Below, piece after piece: positions 20,246 through 29,624 of a DNA stretch of 64,000 nucleotides; positions within the stretch are counted from its first letter, which is position 1, and each line of letters begins with the position of its first letter. The notes beneath the pieces are model-generated. The model was given only the letters and a program-made list of their open reading frames with translations, was not told the origin of the DNA and ran no database searches. Made by a program: the position numbers and the translations under genes. The stretch is from an archaeon (lineage in GTDB: Archaea > Nanobdellota > Nanobdellia > Woesearchaeales > GW2011-AR15): contig JABHHN010000080.1 in assembly GCA_018671515.1 (NCBI GenBank), forward strand, positions 21,695-85,694. The letters are read 5' to 3'.

Positions 20246-21337
20246 ATGTCAGGAGATTCATTTGGGAAATTATTCAAAGTAACAAATTGGGGAGAAAGTC
20301 ATGGAAAAGCAATAGGTATAATTATTGAAGGGTGTCCTCCTCTTCTTAACATTACTGAAAAAGAAATTCAAAAAGAGCTTAATAGAAGGACACCGGGCCA
20401 AAGTAAAATAACTACTCAGAGAAAAGAACCAGATAAAGTTGAAATCATTTCTGGAGTGTTTAATGGAAAAACCACTGGAACTCCTATATCTATGATAATC
20501 CATAATACTGATTTCAAAAAAGAAGATTATAAAGAAATAAAAACAAAATATAGACCAAGTCATGCTGATTTTACTTATGATAAAAAATATGGAATAAGAG
20601 ACCCATCAGGTGGTGGAAGAACATCTGCTAGGATGACTGCTGGAAATGTTGCTGCAGGAGTAATCGCTAAAAAAATATTAAAAGAAAAATTCAAAATTGA
20701 AATAATTGCATATGTTAAAACAGTAAGGAAAATTGTTGCAGATATAGATCCATATGATGTTACTAGAGAAGAAGTTGAACAAAACATTATAAGATGTCCA
20801 GATAATAAAAAAGCAATAGCTATGCAAAGATTGATTTCTCGAGAATTAAGCTATGGTGATTCCTTAGGAGGAATTATTGAATGTGTTATAAGAAATGTGC
20901 CTATTGGATTAGGTGAACCAATATTTGATAAAATAGATGCAGATTTAGCAAAAGCAATGTTATCAATAAATGCAACAAAAGGTTTTGAAATTGGAAGTGG
21001 TTTTTCTGGAACAAAAATGCTTGGTAGTGAACATAATGATCCATTTGTGATAGAAAAAGGAAAAGTTGTAACTGAAACAAATAATTCTGGTGGAGTGCAA
21101 GGTGGAATCACCAATGGTATGCCTATTATTTTTAGAGTAGCATTCAAACCTACATCTACAATAAGTCAAAAACAAGATACTATTGATAATAAAAATAAAG
21201 AAGTTGTTATTGAAGGAAAAGGAAGACATGATCCTTGTGTACTTCCTAGAGCTGTTCCTATTGTTGAAGCAATGTCTGCATTGGTGTTATGTGATCATTA
21301 TATGAGACATATTGCACAATGTGGTGATATAAAATGA
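20246..21337 (+). CDS. aroC: Chorismate synthase
   Basis: GESHG, RPSHAD, SAR, GGITNG, GRHDPC. Confidence 0.98.
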   Translation: MSGDSFGKLFKVTNWGESHGKAIGIIIEGCPPLLNITEKEIQKELNRRTPGQSKITTQRKEPDKVEIISGVFNGKTTGTPISMIIHNTDFKKEDYKEIKTKYRPSHADFTYDKKYGIRDPSGGGRTSARMTAGNVAAGVIAKKILKEKFKIEIIAYVKTVRKIVADIDPYDVTREEVEQNIIRCPDNKKAIAMQRLISRELSYGDSLGGIIECVIRNVPIGLGEPIFDKIDADLAKAMLSINATKGFEIGSGFSGTKMLGSEHNDPFVIEKGKVVTETNNSGGVQGGITNGMPIIFRVAFKPTSTISQKQDTIDNKNKEVVIEGKGRHDPCVLPRAVPIVEAMSALVLCDHYMRHIAQCGDIK

Positions 21338-21606
21338 ATCTTGAAGATGCAAGAAAAAAAATTGATGATATAGATACTAATATTATAGATCTTCTTTCAA
21401 AAAGACTTTCGTTTGTAAGTGTAATTGCAAGATACAAATTAAAGCATAATATTGATAGAAAAGATGAAAAAAGAGAAGAAGAAATATTAAAAAATAAAAC
21501 ATATTTAGGAGCTAAAAAAGGGCTTGATGATAAATACATAATAGATTTATATAAAAGAATTATTCTGGAAAGTCATATTATTGAAAAAAAAATCATGAAA
21601 AGGTGA
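21334..21606 (+). CDS. aroQ: Chorismate mutase, AroQ type
   Basis: R..ID.ID..I..LL..R, K, D..RE motifs. Confidence 0.9.
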   Translation: MNLEDARKKIDDIDTNIIDLLSKRLSFVSVIARYKLKHNIDRKDEKREEEILKNKTYLGAKKGLDDKYIIDLYKRIILESHIIEKKIMKR

Positions 21607-21612
21607 ATTAAA

Positions 21613-22740
21613 ATGGAAGTTAGAAAAGATATATCTGAAATTAAACTTACAATTAGAAAAATAACTGAAATTGCTAAAGCAAAAAATAATTGTATCAGAT
21701 TTGATATTGGACAACCAGATTTTGATACACCTCAACATATAAAGGACGCTACAAATAAAGCACTTATGGATGGAAAGACAGGATATGGTCCTGTTCGTGG
21801 AGTGGATGAACTAAGAATTGCTATTGCTGAATATGAATCTCAAAAAGATGGACTTGATTTTGATGAATCAAATATAATCGTGACTACCGGTGGTATGCAT
21901 GCTTTATTTTCAGTATGTCTTGCATTTTTAGAAAAGGGAGACGAAGTAATAATTCCTGACCCTTATTGGGCCGCATATAATCTAATTATAAAATCTGTTG
22001 GTGGTGTTCCTGTTCCAGTACATTATGTCGATGATTCAAAACTTTTAATTGAAGAATTAGAACGTGCAATAACTTCAAAAACTAAATTCATATTTGTGAA
22101 TTCTCCTTCAAATCCAACAGGAGAAATATTAATAGATGAAGATCTTAAAAAAATTGCAGATTTAGCAGAAGAAAAAGACATAATAATAATTTCTGATGAA
22201 GTATATGAAAGAATGCTTTTTGGTGAGCATAAATTTTCAAGTATCGCTAAATATGCTCCTAAAAGAACATTAAGAATAAATTCTACTTCTAAGACATATG
22301 CAATGACTGGTTGGAGAATTGGATGGCTTACTGGAGATAAAGATTTGATTATACAAATTGCAAAATGTATTAGAGCAACTATTGCATGTGTAACTAATTT
22401 CATTCAATATGGTGCAGTTGCTGCATTAAATGGTCCTCAAGATGAAGCAATGAATATGAAAAAAGAATATGAAAAAAGATATGTTGCATTCAAAGAAAGA
22501 GTTGATAAGATTGGATGGACTTATTTAACACCAAAAGGAACTTTTTACATGTTTGTTGATACAAAAGAAGATTCATGGCCATTCTGCCTTAAGATGATAG
22601 AAGAAATAGGCGTTTCATCTGTTCCAGGGGCTGCTTTTGGTGATTTTGGAAAAACATATGCAAGATTCTGTTATGGAAGTGTTAGTGTTGATAAAATAAA
22701 TGAAGCATTTGATAGAATTGAAAAATGGTTAAAAAAATAG
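21613..22740 (+). CDS. PLP-dependent class I/II aminotransferase (likely aromatic/aspartate)
   Basis: GQPDF, NSPSNPTG, SDEVY, SKTYAMTGWRIG. Confidence 0.9.
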   Translation: MEVRKDISEIKLTIRKITEIAKAKNNCIRFDIGQPDFDTPQHIKDATNKALMDGKTGYGPVRGVDELRIAIAEYESQKDGLDFDESNIIVTTGGMHALFSVCLAFLEKGDEVIIPDPYWAAYNLIIKSVGGVPVPVHYVDDSKLLIEELERAITSKTKFIFVNSPSNPTGEILIDEDLKKIADLAEEKDIIIISDEVYERMLFGEHKFSSIAKYAPKRTLRINSTSKTYAMTGWRIGWLTGDKDLIIQIAKCIRATIACVTNFIQYGAVAALNGPQDEAMNMKKEYEKRYVAFKERVDKIGWTYLTPKGTFYMFVDTKEDSWPFCLKMIEEIGVSSVPGAAFGDFGKTYARFCYGSVSVDKINEAFDRIEKWLKK

Positions 22741-22741
22741 A

Positions 22742-23992
22742 ATGAAAACTAAAACCAATAATATTGAAGTCATGTCGCCTGCAGGATCATATGAAGCACT
22801 TCATGCTGCAATAAAAGCAGGTGCAAATTCTGTATATTTTGGTGTAACTCAATTAAATATGCGTTCTAGATCTTCTAAAAATTTCACATTAGAAGATCTT
22901 AAAAAAATAGCTAAAATATGTTCTGACAATGATGTAAAATCATACTTAACACTAAATACTGTAATGTATGAACACGATATGACATTGATGAAAAAAATAT
23001 GTGATACTGCAAAAAAATCAGGAGTGACTGCATTAATAATTTCAGATATTTCAGCAATGATGTATGCACATTCAATTGGCATAGAAATACATATTTCAAC
23101 ACAGGCAAACGTCTCTAATTTTGAAACTGTAAAATTCTATTCTCAGTTTGCAGATGTAATTGTACTTGCAAGAGAGCTTACATTATCACAAGTAAAAGAA
23201 ATTGTTAAAAAAATAAAAAAAGAAAAAATAGAAGGACCAAATAGAGAATTAGTCCAGATTGAACTTTTTGCTCATGGAGCAATGTGTATAGCAATTTCTG
23301 GAAAATGCTATATGAGTTTATCAACATATAATTCATCTGCTAATAGAGGTGCATGTCTTCAAAACTGTAGAAGATCATACAAAGTGACAGATTTAGAAAC
23401 TGGAGATGAGCTTGAAATTGATAATGAATATGTAATGTCTCCAAAAGATATGTGCACAATTGGTTTTATCGATAAAATGATTGAATCAGGTTCTGTTGTT
23501 CTAAAATTAGAAGGAAGAGGAAAAGCACCTGAATATGTATATACAGTTACAAAATGTTATCGTGAAGCTGTTGATTCATATTATAATGGAACTTATACTA
23601 AAAAGAAAATAAAAAAATTGACTGATGAATTAAAAACTGTATATAATAGAGGATTTTGGGATGGATATTATAGAGGGAAAAAATTAGATATGTGGGCAGG
23701 CGAATATGGCTCACAGGCAACTAAAGAAAAAATATATGTAGGACGTGCAGAAAATTATTATAAAAAATTAGGTATTGCACAATTCGGCCTTGATGCTAAT
23801 TCAATAAGAAAAGGAGACGATTTAATAATAACTGGACCAACTACCGGAATATTAAAACAAAAAGCAAAATCATTATTTATTAATGAAAAAGAAGTTGATA
23901 TCGCACCTAAAGGAAGTGTTGTTACATTTCCAATAAAAGAAATTGTAAGAAAAAATGATAAATTGTTCATTTACAAAGACATAAAAAAGTAA
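22742..23992 (+). CDS. Peptidase U32-family Fe-S protein (TrhP/RlhA-like hydroxylase)
   Basis: MSPAG, HISTQ, CX6CX15CX3C (HGAMC...C...RGACLQNC), LKLEGR, C-terminal beta-barrel. Confidence 0.9.
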   Translation: MKTKTNNIEVMSPAGSYEALHAAIKAGANSVYFGVTQLNMRSRSSKNFTLEDLKKIAKICSDNDVKSYLTLNTVMYEHDMTLMKKICDTAKKSGVTALIISDISAMMYAHSIGIEIHISTQANVSNFETVKFYSQFADVIVLARELTLSQVKEIVKKIKKEKIEGPNRELVQIELFAHGAMCIAISGKCYMSLSTYNSSANRGACLQNCRRSYKVTDLETGDELEIDNEYVMSPKDMCTIGFIDKMIESGSVVLKLEGRGKAPEYVYTVTKCYREAVDSYYNGTYTKKKIKKLTDELKTVYNRGFWDGYYRGKKLDMWAGEYGSQATKEKIYVGRAENYYKKLGIAQFGLDANSIRKGDDLIITGPTTGILKQKAKSLFINEKEVDIAPKGSVVTFPIKEIVRKNDKLFIYKDIKK

Positions 23993-24034
23993 TGGTGAAT
24001 TGGAAATAAACTTACTAAAAGTTAGTAGATTTAA

Positions 24035-24157
24035 TTTTTAATAAAAAAATGAAAATAAACTCACTAATGGTTCGTACTTTCCATTTTTTAATAAAAAAAT
24101 GAAAATAAACTCACTAATGGTTCGTACTTTCCATTTTTTAATAAAAAAATGAAAATA
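24035..24157. repeat. Tandem repeat, 50-bp unit, about 2.5 copies, plus a degenerate upstream copy
   Basis: ATAAAAAAATGAAAATAAACTCACTAATGGTTCGTACTTTCCATTTTTTA at 24041 and 24091, partial at 24141. Confidence 0.95.
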
Positions 24158-24370
24158 TCACATCAAAGAGATAAATGTATTGGATGCAATTCATGTGTTG
24201 AAGATGCTTCAGAATACTGGAAAATTTCCAAAGAAGACGGAAAAGCAGATTTATTAGGTTCAATAAAAAAAGGTAATTTTTATATCTTAGAAACTTCAAA
24301 TATTGACATTGAAAAAAACAAAAAAGCAGCAGAAATTTGCCCAGTAAATATTATAAAAATTTATGAGTGA
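24149..24370 (+). CDS. Small ferredoxin
   Basis: CIGCNSC ... CPVNII. Confidence 0.9.
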   Translation: MKISHQRDKCIGCNSCVEDASEYWKISKEDGKADLLGSIKKGNFYILETSNIDIEKNKKAAEICPVNIIKIYE

Positions 24371-24375
24371 TAATT

Positions 24376-25167
24376 ATGAAAATAGGTTTATTAGGTCCAG
24401 CAGGAACATTTACGGAAACAGCTTTAAATAAATATAATAAAATTGCTAAAAAAGTATTTTTAAAAAGCCATTTTGATGTATTTGATGCTGTTAATAATGG
24501 TCTAGTTGATAATGGAATTATTGCTATTGAAAATCAAATAAATGGTTTTGTTTTAGCAAATATTGATCTTTTTCTAAATACTAATATGAATATAATTCAA
24601 GAAATAATAATACCAATACATCATTGTCTTGCAATACCTATTGGTTGTAAAAAAATTAAAAACATTATTTCTCATCCACAAGCTCTTGCTCAATGTCAGG
24701 ATTATATTATAAAAAAATATCCAGGTGCCAGAAAAATTCCATCTGAAAGCACAGCTCGAGGAATGGAAGAAACTAAAATTATTAGTAATTCTGCAGGAAT
24801 TGGGCCTACGCTGGCTGCAGAAATGAATGATTTGAATATTATTGATAAAAATATTGAAGATTATAAAAAAAATGAAACAAGATTTTTTATAATAACAAAA
24901 AAAAAAACTATTAATAATAAAGGTAAAAAAACTAGTATAGTATTCATCTGTAAGCATGAACCTGGATCATTATATAATAGTCTAAAAGTATTTGCTAAAA
25001 ATAAAGTAAATCTACTTAATATTTTTTCAAGACCAATAAAAAATAAATCATGGGAATATTCATTTTATATTGAATTAGAAGGAAATGTCAATGGAAAAAA
25101 AATTATTGAATCTATTAAAAAATTAAAAGATCAAAGTTTAAAAGTAAATATTTTGGGATCATATTGA
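24376..25167 (+). CDS. pheA: Prephenate dehydratase with ACT domain
   Basis: LGPAGTF, IEN, SHPQALAQC, NETRF, PGSL, SRP. Confidence 0.93.
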   Translation: MKIGLLGPAGTFTETALNKYNKIAKKVFLKSHFDVFDAVNNGLVDNGIIAIENQINGFVLANIDLFLNTNMNIIQEIIIPIHHCLAIPIGCKKIKNIISHPQALAQCQDYIIKKYPGARKIPSESTARGMEETKIISNSAGIGPTLAAEMNDLNIIDKNIEDYKKNETRFFIITKKKTINNKGKKTSIVFICKHEPGSLYNSLKVFAKNKVNLLNIFSRPIKNKSWEYSFYIELEGNVNGKKIIESIKKLKDQSLKVNILGSY

Positions 25168-25213
25168 TTTTTGATAAATTTTAAATATAACATACTACTA
25201 ACTTCAACGAATT

Positions 25214-25288
25214 ATGTCAAGAGATAAATCAAATATGGACTATGCAAAAGATTTATCTAGTGTAAACTTCTATTATTATTATCTATAG
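25214..25288 (+). CDS. Putative Tyr-sensing leader peptide (24 aa)
   Basis: MSRDKSNMDYAKDLSSVNFYYYYL*; TATA-like TTTTAAATA at 25179-25187; precedes tyrA. Confidence 0.75.
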   Translation: MSRDKSNMDYAKDLSSVNFYYYYL

Positions 25289-25318
25289 ATTTGATCTTAT
25301 TAATTTTAGGTCAAATCT
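25287..25318 (+). promoter_or_regulatory. Leader hairpin, candidate attenuator
   Basis: AGATTTGATCT / AGGTCAAATCT, 11-bp stem with one G-U, overlapping the leader stop codon. Confidence 0.65.
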
Positions 25319-25369
25319 CATATTGATAAAATAATTATAATTTATAAAAAAATTAATTATGGTGATAAT

Positions 25370-26200
25370 ATGAAAAATAAAATTGGAATAATAGGCGGAA
25401 ATGGCAGTATGGGCAAATGGTTTAGTAATTTTTTTTCTAATCTCGGTCATGATGTAATTATAAGTGATTTAGGAACTAAACTCAGCAATAAAGATGTTGT
25501 TGAACAATCTGATGTAATAATTATTTCTCTCCCTATGCAAATTGCACCAAAAATTGTTAAAGAAATTTCTAAATTTACTAAAGAAAATCAATTAATTATT
25601 GATATAACTGCATTAAAAGAAGAAATTGTAGAAAAACTTCTAAAAACTAAATCTGAAATTGTAAGTATCCATCCATTATATGGTCCATCATTAAAATCCA
25701 TATCTGGACAGACTGTTGTTGTATGTGATGTAAGAACAGATAAATGGAATGGATGGATTGAAAAAATTCTAAAAAAAGAAGGTGCTAAGATAAAAGAAGC
25801 AACACCAAAAAAACATGATAAAATGATGTCTGTAATTCAAGGTCTCACACATTTTAGTCTTATAAGTCTTGGTCATGCATTAAAAGAACTTGATATTGAT
25901 ATTGACGAGAGTCTGCAATACACAAGTCCGATATATAAAATAAGATTAGAAATGGTAGGAAGGATTTTGAATCAAAATCCTGTTGTATATTCAGATATAG
26001 CTATAAATAATAAAAATAGTAAAGACATCTTAAGTGTTATGATGAAATCTATGGATGAACTTAAAAAAATAATAAACAATAAAGATAGTGAAGGTTTTAT
26101 TGATTATTTCAACAAAGCATCAAATCATTTTGGTGAATTTAAAAAAGAAGCAATGATAGAAAGTGATAAAATGATAAAGGCGGTAAGTGAAGATGAATGA
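25370..26200 (+). CDS. tyrA: Prephenate (or arogenate) dehydrogenase
   Basis: IIGGNGSMG, HPLYGP, HDKMMSVIQGLTH. Confidence 0.92.
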   Translation: MKNKIGIIGGNGSMGKWFSNFFSNLGHDVIISDLGTKLSNKDVVEQSDVIIISLPMQIAPKIVKEISKFTKENQLIIDITALKEEIVEKLLKTKSEIVSIHPLYGPSLKSISGQTVVVCDVRTDKWNGWIEKILKKEGAKIKEATPKKHDKMMSVIQGLTHFSLISLGHALKELDIDIDESLQYTSPIYKIRLEMVGRILNQNPVVYSDIAINNKNSKDILSVMMKSMDELKKIINNKDSEGFIDYFNKASNHFGEFKKEAMIESDKMIKAVSEDE

Positions 26201-27254
26201 AAAAATAATTGATGTAAATGTCTCAAATTATGAAAAAGTAATTGCTCCTTCAAAATTAAAAGAAGAAATGCCTCTTAATGAAGCAGGATCATTAATAGTT
26301 AAAAAAGCAAGAGAAAATATCAAAAATATAATGTCAGGAAAAGACAAAAGAAAGATAATAATAACAGGTCCTTGTTCAATTCATGACACAAAACAAGCAA
26401 AAGAATATGCTCAAAAACTTTCAAAATTATCAAAAAAAGTTAATGATAAGTTTGTAATAATAATGAGAGCTTATTTTGAAAAACCTAGAACTACAATTGG
26501 TTGGAAAGGTCTAATTAATGATCCAAATATTAATGGAACATACGATACAAATTTAGGATTAAAACTAGCAAGAAAAGTTTTACTTGATGCAATATCATTA
26601 GGAATCCCTTGTGGAACTGAATTTTTAGAACCATTCACACCACAATTCATTGATGATTTAATCTCTTGGGTAGGTATAGGTGCAAGAACTTCTGAATCTC
26701 CAACCCATAGACAATTAGCTTCTGGACTTTCATCTCCTGTTGGTTTTAAGAATAGTACAAATGGTGATGTCAAAGTAGCAATAAATGCAATAAAATCTGC
26801 TAGTGCTCCACAAGCTTTTTTTGGAATGGATGATGAAGGTATGGTTTGTAATGTTTCAACTAAAGGAAATAAATTTGGTCATATAATTCTTCGTGGTGGA
26901 AAAAATCCTAATTATTTCAAAGAAGATATTAAAAATATTCAAAATATGTTAAATGATACTAATCTAAATGATTCTATAATTGTTGATTGCAGTCATGGAA
27001 ATTCAGGTAAAGATCATAAAAAACAGTCTGATGTGTTTAATGATATAATAAATCAAATAAATAACGGAAATGACAAAATAATTGGAATAATGATCGAATC
27101 AAATATAAATGAAGGAAATCAAAAAATTCCAAATGATTTAACCGAATTTGATAGATTAAATCTTATACATGGGGTATCAATTACAGATGGTTGTGTTGAT
27201 TGGAATACAACTGAAAAAATGATACTTAATAATTATGATAAATTAAAAATATAA
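26193..27254 (+). CDS. aroF: DAHP synthase class I-alpha (E. coli AroF/G/H type)
   Basis: GPCSIHD, RAYFEKPRT.GWKGL, IGARTSES, DCSHGNS, GVSITDGC. Confidence 0.95.
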   Translation: MNEKIIDVNVSNYEKVIAPSKLKEEMPLNEAGSLIVKKARENIKNIMSGKDKRKIIITGPCSIHDTKQAKEYAQKLSKLSKKVNDKFVIIMRAYFEKPRTTIGWKGLINDPNINGTYDTNLGLKLARKVLLDAISLGIPCGTEFLEPFTPQFIDDLISWVGIGARTSESPTHRQLASGLSSPVGFKNSTNGDVKVAINAIKSASAPQAFFGMDDEGMVCNVSTKGNKFGHIILRGGKNPNYFKEDIKNIQNMLNDTNLNDSIIVDCSHGNSGKDHKKQSDVFNDIINQINNGNDKIIGIMIESNINEGNQKIPNDLTEFDRLNLIHGVSITDGCVDWNTTEKMILNNYDKLKI

Positions 27255-27321
27255 ATTGATTTAAAATGAAAGATATTATTAAAAATAATAAAAATATTCA
27301 AAGGATGAAGTTGATGACAAA

Positions 27322-27999
27322 ATGATAGGAACTATAGTAAATGTGATTGCAATAATTATAGGTTCTTTAATTGGTATTCTTTTTAATAAATTTATTCCTA
27401 AAAGAGTAAAAGAAATAATATTTCAGGCATTAGGGTTATCAACTATTTTAATTGGAATGCAATTAGCATTAAAAACTGAAAATGTATTGTTAGTCATTTT
27501 TAGTTTAATAATTGGTGGAATAATTGGAGAATTGATACATATAGAAAAAAAATTAAAAAAATTTGGAATTTCATTAAAAAAAAAATTAAAATCAAAAGAT
27601 TCTAAATTTGTAGAAGGATTTGTTACAACAAGTCTTCTTTTCTGTGTTGGTGCAATGGCAATTGTAGGCTCAATTGAAGACGGAATAAATAATAACCCTT
27701 CAATATTATTAACAAAATCCCTCTTAGATGGTTTTGCATCAATTGCTTTTGCAAGTGCTTTGGGTTTTGGTGTTATGTTTTCAGCAATCCCAATTTTAAT
27801 TTATCAGGGTGGTCTAACTTTGTTAGCTGTTTATATTAAACAATATTTGACTCCTTCTGCAATAACTGAAATGAGTGCTGTTGGTGGATTGTTAATTATT
27901 GGAATTGGATTAAGTCTTTTAAATATCAAAAAAATAAAAATTGGAAATCTGCTTCCTTCTGTTTTGGTAGCAGCCATATTAGCTATAATATTTATGTAG
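27322..27999 (+). CDS. DUF554 family membrane protein
   Basis: MIGTIVN, LFCVGAM..VGS..DG, KS.LDG, GNLLP. Confidence 0.85.
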   Translation: MIGTIVNVIAIIIGSLIGILFNKFIPKRVKEIIFQALGLSTILIGMQLALKTENVLLVIFSLIIGGIIGELIHIEKKLKKFGISLKKKLKSKDSKFVEGFVTTSLLFCVGAMAIVGSIEDGINNNPSILLTKSLLDGFASIAFASALGFGVMFSAIPILIYQGGLTLLAVYIKQYLTPSAITEMSAVGGLLIIGIGLSLLNIKKIKIGNLLPSVLVAAILAIIFM

Positions 28000-28009
28000 G
28001 TGAAATAAA

Positions 28010-29095
28010 ATGAATGTTAATGAAAGATTAAAATTAATTAAAGAAGTTGGTGAAGAAATAGTCACCAATGATGAACTTAAAGCGCTTTTAAATGAAAAAG
28101 AAAAATTTGTTGCCTATGATGGTTTTGAACCAAGTGGAACAGATATTCACATTGCACAAGGTCTTCTTAGAGCTATAAATGTTAATAAGATGACAAAAGC
28201 AGGTGCACATTTTAAGATGTGGGTTGCAGATTGGCATGCATGGGCTAATAATAAGATGGGTGGAGACCTTGAAAAAATCCAATATGTAGGAAATTATTAT
28301 ATTGAAGTATGGAAAGCTTGTGGAATGGATTTAGATAATGTTGAATTTATCTGGGCAAGTGAAGCAATGGGTAAAAAAGAATATTGGAAAATTGTCATGA
28401 ATATTGCAAGAACATCATCACTAAATAGAATTATCAGATGTGGACAAATCATGGGAAGAAGTGAAAAAGATAATTTATCAGCATCACAAATTTTCTATCC
28501 TTGTATGCAAGCTGCAGATATATTCTACTTAAAGGCAGATGTAACACAGTTAGGAGTAGATCAAAGAAAAGTAAATGTTCTTGCTCGTGAAGTCGGCCCT
28601 AAACTTGGTTTTTGGAAACCTATAATTGTAAGTCATCATATGTTAATGGGATTAAATGAACCTCCAAAAGATTCAAAAGATATGGATGCAAAAGACAGAA
28701 CTATTGAATTAAAAATGTCAAAATCAAAACCAGATACTGCAATATTTATGACTGATTCTGAAAAAGATATCAAAAGAAAGATGAATAAAGCATGGTGTCC
28801 TCAAGGTCAGGTAGATGAAAATCCAATAATGGAATATTTTAAATATATAATTTTTGAAAAATATGATAAAATTGATATAAAAAGACCTGAAAAATTTGGT
28901 GGAGATTTAAATATTGGTAGTTATGATGAGCTTACAGAAATGTTTTCAAGTGGAAAAGTTCATCCAATGGATCTTAAAAATACTGCTGGTAATTATATCA
29001 ATGAACTTATTGATCCAATAAGAGAAAAATTACTAAATGATCCGAAAATAAAAGAAATGAGAGAGAAAATTCAGACATTTAAGGTGACTAGGTAA
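28010..29095 (+). CDS. tyrS: Tyrosyl-tRNA synthetase, archaeal type
   Basis: YDGFEPSG, HIAQ, YPCMQAAD, GVDQRK, KMSKS, HPMDLK. Confidence 0.95.
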   Translation: MNVNERLKLIKEVGEEIVTNDELKALLNEKEKFVAYDGFEPSGTDIHIAQGLLRAINVNKMTKAGAHFKMWVADWHAWANNKMGGDLEKIQYVGNYYIEVWKACGMDLDNVEFIWASEAMGKKEYWKIVMNIARTSSLNRIIRCGQIMGRSEKDNLSASQIFYPCMQAADIFYLKADVTQLGVDQRKVNVLAREVGPKLGFWKPIIVSHHMLMGLNEPPKDSKDMDAKDRTIELKMSKSKPDTAIFMTDSEKDIKRKMNKAWCPQGQVDENPIMEYFKYIIFEKYDKIDIKRPEKFGGDLNIGSYDELTEMFSSGKVHPMDLKNTAGNYINELIDPIREKLLNDPKIKEMREKIQTFKVTR

Positions 29096-29178
29096 TTTTT
29101 TACTTTTTAATTATTTTTTTAATATTATATTCTAATTATAGAAAAGTTTTTATCTGTTTTTCATGTTTAATCTTTTTC

Positions 29179-29547
29179 ATGAGAATACCAAAAAGATATG
29201 GACAATCAAAAATTGCAGAATGTCCTTTTTGTGGAAAACAAGCAATTGCAAAAAATACTCAAGGGTTAAATGTATGTCAATATCATAAAGATAATAATAT
29301 TCCAGATATCAAGTGTACATGTGGTTCCTGGCTTGATTTAAAATCAGGAAAATTTGGACCTTATTTTATATGTATTAATTGTGGGAATATAAACCTAAAA
29401 AAAGGTTTAGAAATGATGGAAATACTCTCTAATAAAACTAATATAAATAATGCATCAAAAAAAAATATTGAAAAAAAAGATACAAGAAAAAAAGAAATTA
29501 AAAACAAAGAAAACCTATACCCTGGTTTTGATTATGGAATTAATTAA
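29179..29547 (+). CDS. Zinc-ribbon protein
   Basis: CPFC...CQYH...CTCG...GKFGPYFICINC. Confidence 0.7.
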   Translation: MRIPKRYGQSKIAECPFCGKQAIAKNTQGLNVCQYHKDNNIPDIKCTCGSWLDLKSGKFGPYFICINCGNINLKKGLEMMEILSNKTNINNASKKNIEKKDTRKKEIKNKENLYPGFDYGIN

Positions 29548-29624
29548 TAGTTTTCTTTTCTATTAATATATATTTTTTAAACTCTACAAAAAGTATTTAT
29601 ATCATTCACTCATCTAGAAATAAA

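Noticed and set aside
24035..24157. Possible CRISPR array, given the solo Cas4
   Set aside because: Units are head-to-tail identical with no unique spacers.
27266..27325. 19-codon ORF MKDIIKNNKNIQRMKLMTK overlapping the DUF554 start
   Set aside because: No cognate-codon run or hairpin; expected by chance in AT-rich DNA.
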